Of a DNA stretch of 64,000 nt, positions 8,552-15,511 are shown in pieces. The DNA is taken from positions 1 to 64,000 of the IMG/VR virus record IMGVR_UViG_3300032285_003393; one strand, 5' to 3'. The position numbers and the translations under genes are program-made. The first letter of the stretch is position 1. Each line of letters begins with the position of its first letter. A model generated the notes under the pieces. It saw only the letters and a program-made list of their open reading frames with translations. It was not told the DNA's origin and did not search any database. Source of the stretch: a virus.

Positions 8552-9583
8552 ATGTCAAATCTAGCACATGCTCGTGAAATTGAAGATAACTCAGTTTCAT
8601 TCGCATTCGTTGATTCCCGCTCCAATCCCGCTTGGCACTCTGCTGCTAATAAAGTTTGGAATTCTGATGAAGAGACTCCTACAATTTCACAAATTATGGA
8701 TTCTGCTCATCTATCTAATTGGAATTTGCGTTTGGAAGATGTCGCACCAGCGTTTCCAAATCATAATTTCATCTCTAATTCTCACCTTGTTGTTCGTGAT
8801 AATCCTTTCAATGCTGGAGAAACTGATGTTCTCTCTGTTGTAGGTTCACGCTATAAGGTCGTGCAGAATGAAGAATTGTTTGCGTTTGCACAAAATCTTC
8901 ATGATTCTAACCCTGATGTCAAAATTGACTCGGCTGGTTCTTTCAAGAATGGTCGTGTTGTGTTTGGTACATGGACAGTTCCAAATACTTTGATTCTTGA
9001 CCCTAATGGTGCTAATGACCAAACCAATCTATACCTAGTTGTTTATACTAGCCATGATGGTTCGGTTGCTGTTCAGGCTGCAATTACACCTGTTCGTGTT
9101 CGTTGCCAAAACACTCTAAACTTTGCAATGTCTCGTGCTAAGCAAAGTTTCAAGATTCGCCATACCGCTACGGCAGAAGGTAAAATTGCCTCTGCTCGTG
9201 AGGCTCTTGGTTTATCTGTTGCATACTTTGACGAGTTCTCAAAGCAGGCTAACGAGTTATTTACTCGTGAAGTTACTAATGCTGAGTTCTCTAAGATTAT
9301 CAACACACTCTATCCTAAGCCTGAATTGGATAAAAAGGGTTCTCTAACTAAATGGGAAAATAAAGTTGTATTGCTTGATGAGTTGTACCATAACTCACCT
9401 ACCAATGCAAATATCAAGGGTACTGCATGGGGCGTTGTAAATGCTCTAACCGAACGCCTTGATTATTTCCGCACTGCTCGCAAGGGTGGAGAATCACTTA
9501 CTTATTCTGCAAGTGGTTTTGACCCTGTGATTACCGCAGAAAAAAATAAAATTGTTAAGCAAGTGTTAGCACTTACCGCTTAA
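8552..9583 (+). CDS. DUF932 / TIGR03299 phage-plasmid protein
   Basis: PAWH, VVGSRYKVVQN, SHDGS, TPVRVRCQNTL, IRHT, GTAWG motifs. Confidence 0.9.
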   Translation: MSNLAHAREIEDNSVSFAFVDSRSNPAWHSAANKVWNSDEETPTISQIMDSAHLSNWNLRLEDVAPAFPNHNFISNSHLVVRDNPFNAGETDVLSVVGSRYKVVQNEELFAFAQNLHDSNPDVKIDSAGSFKNGRVVFGTWTVPNTLILDPNGANDQTNLYLVVYTSHDGSVAVQAAITPVRVRCQNTLNFAMSRAKQSFKIRHTATAEGKIASAREALGLSVAYFDEFSKQANELFTREVTNAEFSKIINTLYPKPELDKKGSLTKWENKVVLLDELYHNSPTNANIKGTAWGVVNALTERLDYFRTARKGGESLTYSASGFDPVITAEKNKIVKQVLALTA

Positions 9584-9586
9584 TAA

Positions 9587-9615
9587 TAATTCCTGAGCAT
9601 GAATTAAAACTGCTC
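9587..9615 (+). ncRNA. candidate H-type pseudoknot element, copy 3
   Basis: TAATTC-CTGAGCAT-GAATTA-AAAC-TGCTC, 5 nt before tRNA-Asp. Confidence 0.5.
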
Positions 9616-9620
9616 CGCAT

Positions 9621-9692
9621 GGAATCGTAGTTCAATGGTTAGAATGCAGGCTTGTCACGCCTGAGACGAGAGTTCAATTCTCTTCGGTTCCG
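9621..9692 (+). tRNA. tRNA-Asp(GTC)
   Basis: cloverleaf GGAATCG/CGGTTCC; anticodon arm CAGGC-TTGTCAC-GCCTG; TTCAA T-loop. Confidence 0.9.
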
Positions 9693-10020
9693 CTTTATTT
9701 TTATCCCATTGTTTTATGTTATTGCAATTGGCACATAAAATTTGATAACCATTTGGCAAATCTTGTTTAATTAAATATCTGTAAAATTTTACACCTGAAA
9801 ATTTTTGACCACCTAATTCTTTTCTTTCTTGTGATCCATTGTCTTCTATGTGATCAAGCTGCAAAGCTCTTATATCGTCAAAACCACATATAGCACACTC
9901 TTTGCCATAACGTTCTAGAATGATTTGCTTATCTTGCATTCTTCTAGCTGTTGTATCTGCTCTTAGCTTCTCCCGATTTTTTTCACGATATCTTGCTTGA
10001 GCTTCTTTTTTATTATTCAT
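9655..10020 (-). CDS. HNH endonuclease
   Basis: CAICG...LQLDH...LCANCN; leaderless -10 upstream. Confidence 0.85.
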   Translation of the reverse strand: MNNKKEAQARYREKNREKLRADTTARRMQDKQIILERYGKECAICGFDDIRALQLDHIEDNGSQERKELGGQKFSGVKFYRYLIKQDLPNGYQILCANCNNIKQWDKNKAEPKRIELSSQA

Positions 10021-10198
10021 ATATAAATTGTATCACTGGGGTGCAACAATGCATAAATAAACGGGGCGCAGATATGATCAATATCACAATTACGATAGGG
10101 GTATATTTCCCCTGAAATTGGAATTACGATTGGACAAATGTCAGTCGGGCATGCTATAATTTACCCATATTATCCCTACCACTAGAAAGTAATCATAT

Positions 10199-10624
10199 AT
10201 GTCTAATAGAACTAAAGGTTATATGGGCCAAATTGTAGATGGCAAGAAGCTTGCTGAATTGGCCAATAAAATATATTCAATTCAATATAATGATAATGCC
10301 ACTAAATGCACAGTAGATAATTTGTTATTTATTGAATTAAATGAAAAGAACGTATTTGGGGATTCTAAGTATGCTCTTGTATGTTCTGAAGGTGTAGGTT
10401 GGGAACAAGATGAATATGGATGTCTTGAAGTCCCCACAAATGTTGGACAAATGGGTTTATGGAATGGGCATGTATTTATTTCAGTAGATGTCGTAAAGTC
10501 TTGTTTAACTGATCAATATGAAGATATCTCTGACTATATTCGTGTCTTTGGTTCCCGCCTTGATTCTAATTGTTGGTTGTGGCAGAACAAAATGTCAGTG
10601 GCATCTGCTACAATATCCCTCTAA
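10199..10624 (+). CDS. hypothetical protein
   Basis: ORF track; promoter 10139. Confidence 0.8.
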   Translation: MSNRTKGYMGQIVDGKKLAELANKIYSIQYNDNATKCTVDNLLFIELNEKNVFGDSKYALVCSEGVGWEQDEYGCLEVPTNVGQMGLWNGHVFISVDVVKSCLTDQYEDISDYIRVFGSRLDSNCWLWQNKMSVASATISL

Positions 10625-10641
10625 TAACGAAAGGATATAAA

Positions 10642-11427
10642 ATGCCAAATTGGGTATATAATACCTTGACAATTCAAGGTCCAAAAGATGAAATAGATAT
10701 GATTAAAGATAGACTGAATAAGCCTTTTACATTAGCACAAGAGACTTATGGTATGGGTGATATTAGTTCTATGGGTTTCCCCACCAAAATTAAAGAAGTA
10801 ACTTATTCTAATCCTGTCTTTGCTTTCTTCAACATTCATTCATATAAAGATGACGGCATTACTGATGAGGAATATGCCTGCCAGCCAACACGTTCAGGTG
10901 CAGACATGAAAGACCCTAATTGGTTTGCACAAGAGGTAGCACATGCCAAGACACAGAAGGATTGGTATTCTTGGAACAATTCTAATTGGGGAACCAAATG
11001 GGATGTTGCTGTTTCAGATGATGACAAATATCCAAATACAGAATTGCTTGAATATAAATCAGAAGGTGATGACAACTGGGTTGTATATAAATATGAAACT
11101 GCTTGGTCGCCTGCCGTAACTGTTTTAACTAAACTAAGTAATCTTGTTCCTAATTGTGTGCTTACTTTAGAGTTTGAAGAAGAAACAGGTTGGGGTGGGG
11201 AATATGAGATTGTTCGTGGTAATGTAACAGAATTAGTTGAATATGATAATCAATGCAGAGATTGTGATTCATATAATACATTAGATTACTGCGAAAATGA
11301 ATGTGGTGAAATCTGTAGTAACTGCAATTGGCTTGGCGAGGCAGACCTAGAAGCAGTGGCAGAATGTCAGACCCATAGTGTATACTTGGACACCAAAGTC
11401 CCTGAATATAGAAAGTTGGAAGCATGA
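10642..11427 (+). CDS. DUF1281/YubB-like ferredoxin-fold protein with C-terminal Cys cluster
   Basis: MPNW..NTL, WYSWN..NWGTKWD, ETAWSP motifs; start after GAAAGGA. Confidence 0.8.
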   Translation: MPNWVYNTLTIQGPKDEIDMIKDRLNKPFTLAQETYGMGDISSMGFPTKIKEVTYSNPVFAFFNIHSYKDDGITDEEYACQPTRSGADMKDPNWFAQEVAHAKTQKDWYSWNNSNWGTKWDVAVSDDDKYPNTELLEYKSEGDDNWVVYKYETAWSPAVTVLTKLSNLVPNCVLTLEFEEETGWGGEYEIVRGNVTELVEYDNQCRDCDSYNTLDYCENECGEICSNCNWLGEADLEAVAECQTHSVYLDTKVPEYRKLEA

Positions 11428-11705
11428 TAGAGCAAGCAAGTAAGTTGCCTGATAATGTCCAGCGTCTTGTAGACGCTGGTGTTAAAGGTATTGATGTAAT
11501 GCATGGTCAATTAAAGATTGATATGCTAGAAGCAGAAATTGAATATACTAAGTCTGTAGAGATTGAAGAGGAAAATGATTATTCTGACGCAATGGAATCT
11601 ATGGATAGAAAGTATAATGAAGGCTTTCTAGACGCTTTGACATATTGCTATAAATTGACATATGACATTTCATTTGCTGAATCTATAAAGGAAGCGGGGG
11701 AATAA
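11424..11705 (+). CDS. acidic hypothetical protein
   Basis: ORF track; ATGA coupling. Confidence 0.75.
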   Translation: MIEQASKLPDNVQRLVDAGVKGIDVMHGQLKIDMLEAEIEYTKSVEIEEENDYSDAMESMDRKYNEGFLDALTYCYKLTYDISFAESIKEAGE

Positions 11706-12334
11706 TGGATCTGCTAAGCTGGACTAAATATACATATGTATGTGACCCTGATGAATGTGATTCTCTAATTGAGTATACATGTTCAGATAAGTTTGGATTC
11801 CCGTCTGGAAGTGTGACTAACATCACATGCCCGTGTGGTCGGAAACCCAACCTTTTGTCAGTGGAAGATGCTACAATTACACCTATTAACCAACCCGAAC
11901 AGAAAGAAGAAAAAATGGAAACAATGTACAACTCAATCCAGCAGGAACTTGACTTGACTAACGGTAACGAAATTACTGAACTCAAGAATAAGTTGTCTGC
12001 ATCAGAAAATCTAGTAGAGAGATATCGTGATATGGTTTCAAGTGCTAATTCGCAACTTGGAAAAATCATTGATAATCTTACAGAAGATTATTGGTATTCA
12101 TCATCAGTTGATAAGTCTGAGATTTTAACTGAACTCTGCGACATCCTTGAACATAATCCAGTTAAAGAGATTTCTTTCACTGCGACTATTTCCTTTAATG
12201 GTCGTCTAGAGATTCCATTGGATGAGGCAGAAGACTTTGACCTTACCGCCGTCCTTGAAGATGCTTATGTAGATATCAACAACGGCAATGTCGTTATTGA
12301 TGGCTATGAACTCTATGATGCAGAGGAGTGCTAA
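11705..12334 (+). CDS. hypothetical protein with N-terminal Zn motif; possible internal start at 11915
   Basis: ORF track; internal promoter 11856 and purine-rich RBS. Confidence 0.75.
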   Translation: MDLLSWTKYTYVCDPDECDSLIEYTCSDKFGFPSGSVTNITCPCGRKPNLLSVEDATITPINQPEQKEEKMETMYNSIQQELDLTNGNEITELKNKLSASENLVERYRDMVSSANSQLGKIIDNLTEDYWYSSSVDKSEILTELCDILEHNPVKEISFTATISFNGRLEIPLDEAEDFDLTAVLEDAYVDINNGNVVIDGYELYDAEEC

Positions 12335-12534
12335 TGATAGTAACTGTTGATGCAGGTACAAATAGAATTAGAGGGGCTGTTATCTTCGCTGCATGGAAAC
12401 ATGGGGTGGAGATAGAGCCTCTCGTAAATAACCAGTTAGAGATTTGGTCAGGACGGGAAGATAAGATTGATATGCTACTTAAAGACTTCCCTTCTGTTAA
12501 AGTCTTACACCGTGAACTATTCAAGGAAGTATAA
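12328..12534 (+). CDS. hypothetical protein
   Basis: ORF track; coupled to neighbours. Confidence 0.6.
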   Translation: MLMIVTVDAGTNRIRGAVIFAAWKHGVEIEPLVNNQLEIWSGREDKIDMLLKDFPSVKVLHRELFKEV

Positions 12535-12707
12535 TGGACAAAGCTAAAGCGATCATTGAATATATGAATATACATCTAATTAGTTTGGAGCAGGATTTGG
12601 AACAAATTGATTATGTAAATGCTCATCATTTTTATAAGGTCAAGCAAGCAGAAATTGAGAATACCAAGCATTTAATGTCAGTGGTAGAGGATATAATGGC
12701 CTCATGA
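12534..12707 (+). CDS. 57-aa hypothetical protein
   Basis: hand-translated; TAATG/ATGA coupling; contains promoter 12676. Confidence 0.6.
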   Translation: MDKAKAIIEYMNIHLISLEQDLEQIDYVNAHHFYKVKQAEIENTKHLMSVVEDIMAS

Positions 12708-12913
12708 ATACACCATTAGAGATATTAGAGATAGATTATTCAGTCAGCCCAGGTGGAGTTAATTCATTTGAAGTATATGATGTGGAGAATGACTTTTTCT
12801 CCCCACCCATTTACGAAACAGAGGATTTGACGGATGCCGTTCAGTTCTGCTATAATTTGGGAATTAACTTTACCGTCCGAACACTAGCACGATGGAATAG
12901 AGAGAATATCTAA
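12704..12913 (+). CDS. hypothetical protein
   Basis: ORF track. Confidence 0.7.
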   Translation: MNTPLEILEIDYSVSPGGVNSFEVYDVENDFFSPPIYETEDLTDAVQFCYNLGINFTVRTLARWNRENI

Positions 12914-13248
12914 TGTCACGACTACAACTACTTGAAGAGGCTTATGCAAAGGTTCATGAGTATACAACTACTCAGCCATGGAGACCAGGACTTGTGGACC
13001 TTTGGGTTTACAATATTCTAATTAACTTTCATGAGTCTGACTATGACAATGGAACTAATATCCCAGATTTCATTTGGACTGCTACTCCAGACGAAGTCAT
13101 GCAACATATTATTGACTCCAGCCGTATCTTTGATTTAGAATATGGTTGGGACCAACTAGACGAAGACATCCGTGACTATCTGAAAGATAATAAGTTTATC
13201 TCAGACCCAATGGATATAGAAGACGAAACCGAAGAAGAAGGAGAATAA
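12913..13248 (+). CDS. acidic hypothetical protein
   Basis: ORF track. Confidence 0.75.
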   Translation: MSRLQLLEEAYAKVHEYTTTQPWRPGLVDLWVYNILINFHESDYDNGTNIPDFIWTATPDEVMQHIIDSSRIFDLEYGWDQLDEDIRDYLKDNKFISDPMDIEDETEEEGE

Positions 13249-13249
13249 A

Positions 13250-13423
13250 ATGGAAAAAGCAAATGCAAGAGAGTATCTAATCAGCAAGGGATTTAATCCT
13301 GGGGCCCGTGGTCGTTTCTCTGCAGAAATGATTAAGGTTCTTCAAGACAGCGGATTGGAATTCACTCGTCCCGTTAAGGAGCCAAAAGAGCGTTCTAAGG
13401 TAACCTCTATCCCTTTAACGTAA
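13250..13423 (+). CDS. Lsr2-like DNA-binding (RGR hook) protein; possible -1 frameshift extension to 13614
   Basis: hand-translated AREYLISKGFNPGARGRFSAEMIKVL; AAGGAG RBS. Confidence 0.65.
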   Translation: MEKANAREYLISKGFNPGARGRFSAEMIKVLQDSGLEFTRPVKEPKERSKVTSIPLT

Positions 13424-13588
13424 ACCCCTACTCATCAGAGATCCCTTTGCGTCCTTCCCGTACACTGTACGGGTTGGACAGCTTAGGAACAAAGATTGGG
13501 TACGTCATGTGCGGGGAATGCCAAAAGCATATGACATATTGTAATTGTGAAGGTGGAGTAAAGGCTCCATCTCAAATAGTGAAAGGCC

Positions 13589-13617
13589 TTGACAGGCTTG
13601 TCAGAATAGGGTAGAAT
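13589..13617 (+). promoter_or_regulatory. sigmaA-type promoter TTGACA-17-TAGAAT
   Basis: 8 nt upstream of ATG 13626 (near-leaderless). Confidence 0.7.
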
Positions 13618-13625
13618 GGGACACT

Positions 13626-13943
13626 ATGAAAAGATTCGTTGCAATCAATGAACCACAATCGGCTAGTCCGAATTTAAAATATGTAAAACAAACTACAGAA
13701 GCACTTACAAACGTTAGTATTAATCTAGAATTAGTTGCCTCTCAAATTGCACAATTACCCGTGCGAGAGCAACACAAGTTCTTCCGATTACTGCTTAACT
13801 ATATAGACATCACATCACAAAAGTCATTGCACCTGAATGCAACATTTCAAGATGTAATTATACTTTGTGAGAGATTAATGGAAACTGCAAATGACTACTA
13901 TGAAGAGCAAGAGAAACTACAAATGGTACTGGAAGGAATGTAA
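13626..13943 (+). CDS. hypothetical protein
   Basis: ORF track. Confidence 0.75.
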   Translation: MKRFVAINEPQSASPNLKYVKQTTEALTNVSINLELVASQIAQLPVREQHKFFRLLLNYIDITSQKSLHLNATFQDVIILCERLMETANDYYEEQEKLQMVLEGM

Positions 13944-14164
13944 TGCCAACATATAACGTAAAGGTCAGAGTTGATTTTGACTATGAAGTTGAAGCTGAAA
14001 ATCAAGAGCAGGCAATTGAAGAAGGCTGGAAGTGGGAAGATTATAAGTACCATGGAGATGTCTATTCAATTGATGTAGAAGAAGAGTATGAAGAAGACGA
14101 AGATGATGAAGATGAATATGAAGAAGATGACGAAGATGAAGAGTATGATGAGGATGAAGAGTAA
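13943..14164 (+). CDS. small protein with extreme poly-D/E tail
   Basis: ORF track. Confidence 0.75.
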   Translation: MPTYNVKVRVDFDYEVEAENQEQAIEEGWKWEDYKYHGDVYSIDVEEEYEEDEDDEDEYEEDDEDEEYDEDEE

Positions 14165-14355
14165 TGCCTAAAGTAACTGTGATGATCGCTCAGACATGGG
14201 ATACAGATGATTTCTTAGATGAGTATAGTCCAGAGGATTTAGATCTAGATACCTTAGTTGATTTAGCATATAACCGATTTGACGAAGACATGTCTTATCT
14301 GGTAAAATATGACGAAGTTCGTTCAGCCATTACACACATAGTAGAAGAGGAATAA
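14164..14355 (+). CDS. acidic hypothetical protein
   Basis: ORF track. Confidence 0.7.
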   Translation: MPKVTVMIAQTWDTDDFLDEYSPEDLDLDTLVDLAYNRFDEDMSYLVKYDEVRSAITHIVEEE

Positions 14356-14356
14356 C

Positions 14357-14704
14357 ATGGGAGCAAGAACCAATTATACAATTGTCACAACTGACAATCC
14401 CGACCAAAATATCAATGTCTATGCACATTGGGACGGGGATGATTCAGAATACATTCTACGTCATGCTATAGAGAAAGCAATGCCTAGAATCAACATGGGA
14501 GATACTTCCTATTCCGTCCATATCATTATAGACCAATTAACTAAAGAAGGAAGAGATTCTGAAACTGGTTATGGCATTTATATTGGTTCTGAAATAACTC
14601 ATGAAGAGCAGTATGAATACAAAGAAGTAAATTTAACTAATAATACAGTAACAATTAGTGGCACTACTTATGCAATTGACAAGTGGTTACTTGCAGTGGT
14701 ATAA
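14357..14704 (+). CDS. conserved phage protein (MGAR...VYAHWDG)
   Basis: ORF track; family motif. Confidence 0.8.
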   Translation: MGARTNYTIVTTDNPDQNINVYAHWDGDDSEYILRHAIEKAMPRINMGDTSYSVHIIIDQLTKEGRDSETGYGIYIGSEITHEEQYEYKEVNLTNNTVTISGTTYAIDKWLLAVV

Positions 14705-14705
14705 T
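14676..14705 (+). promoter_or_regulatory. sigmaA-type promoter TTGACA-18-TATAAT
   Basis: perfect hexamers with extended TG. Confidence 0.75.
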
Positions 14706-14709
14706 AATA

Positions 14710-14801
14710 TTGTCTAATCGGGTTAGACAAAAGATAGGGCGTTCAGGCAATCAGCCAAGTCCAATTAAGCCCCCACGGATTCGGGACCGTGGGGGTTTTT
14801 C
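14710..14801 (+). ncRNA. candidate ~90-nt small RNA
   Basis: own promoter, 5' hairpin TTGTCTAA/TTAGACAA, 3' intrinsic terminator. Confidence 0.55.
14767..14801 (+). terminator. intrinsic terminator ending the early region
   Basis: CCCCCACGG-loop-CCGTGGGGG followed by TTTTT. Confidence 0.85.
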
Positions 14802-15106
14802 TATGCCAAAATATTTTAACATTGATCCATGTACACCGCTTACCGCTGAATGGCTTAAAAACAACATTACGAAGGGGTCATAAAACCCCCGAACTTTTGA
14901 GGCGGGATTACGAAAGACCCCAATTCCCCTAGTAATAAACACATTACGAAAAGCTTTATATTTCCCTGGATAATGATTAAAAAGATATATATAATTAAAC
15001 ATATTGATCAAATTTGTCCACATTCTGGTCAATTTTGGTCATATTTTTTATGCATTATTTTGACCATAAAAGACCTTGACATGGAATATATTGTGTGATA
15101 TGGGAG

Positions 15107-15257
15107 TTATTAACAAGTTATACACAGATATGTGCAAAGTTATCCACAGGGATATATTAAGATATGCACAAGTTTTCCACAGATATTACGATTTGACACG
15201 GAAAATGTTATATGGTTTATTACATGTATACTAAATCTGTGGATAACCTGTGGATAA
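15107..15257. promoter_or_regulatory. DnaA-box cluster, candidate origin or DnaA sink
   Basis: TTATCCACA at 15140; TGTGGATAA at 15238 and 15249; variants at 15107, 15118, 15173. Confidence 0.7.
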
Positions 15258-15511
15258 ATAATCTCTATTAGTGTATTTATTCTCCACTTTTAGCTAAGAA
15301 AACGGGATATGAGCGTAGCGAATCTATTTTAAAATGGATAATTATCCTTATATTTTCTATCAAATTTATAGATAAATAGTTGCCAGACATAATATCTATG
15401 GATCTTCCTTAACGCCTTACGCATATATCTAGGCATACCTCTAGTATTCTTATAGGTACTTATATATAGTCTTATATAGGGGATTATGGGTAACATCTCT
15501 CAACTCCCGCC

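Larger units (their letters stand above)
1003..10088 (+). repeat. dispersed intergenic cassette CTGCGCCCCG-(TT)CGGGCGTGTCG-(T)TACGA-TGTGA-N6-TCACA
   Basis: near-complete copies at about 1003, 1978, 2597, 3979, 5600; partial or inverted copies at about 3649, 8309, 10062. Confidence 0.9.
1035..10088. promoter_or_regulatory. 13 CRP/GlxR-like palindromes TGTGA-N6-TCACA
   Basis: at 1035, 2008, 2024, 2648, 3659, 3682, 3957, 4009, 5631, 7147, 8321, 8411, 10073. Confidence 0.8.
113..12697 (+). promoter_or_regulatory. 17 copies of promoter TGTCRG-N10-TAnnnT (PafBC/RecA-NDp type)
   Basis: starts at 113, 2073, 2713, 2831, 3725, 4052, 4255, 5695, 6266, 6593, 7201, 7463, 8501, 10139, 10593, 11856, 12676; invariant spacing; most are followed by a GAAAGG(A)-type RBS and an ORF. 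Confidence 0.9.

Noticed and set aside
8568-9347. Alternative-frame ORFs overlapping DUF932
   Set aside because: Off-frame or antisense shadows with compositionally implausible translations.
1-14700. LexA SOS boxes controlling the early region
   Set aside because: No TCGAAC-N4-GTTCGA-type actinobacterial LexA sites were seen; the promoters fit the LexA-independent class.
14683-15032. ORFs 14683..14883 (+) and 14751..15032 (-)
   Set aside because: They run through a promoter, a terminator and a motif cluster; no RBS and no protein features.
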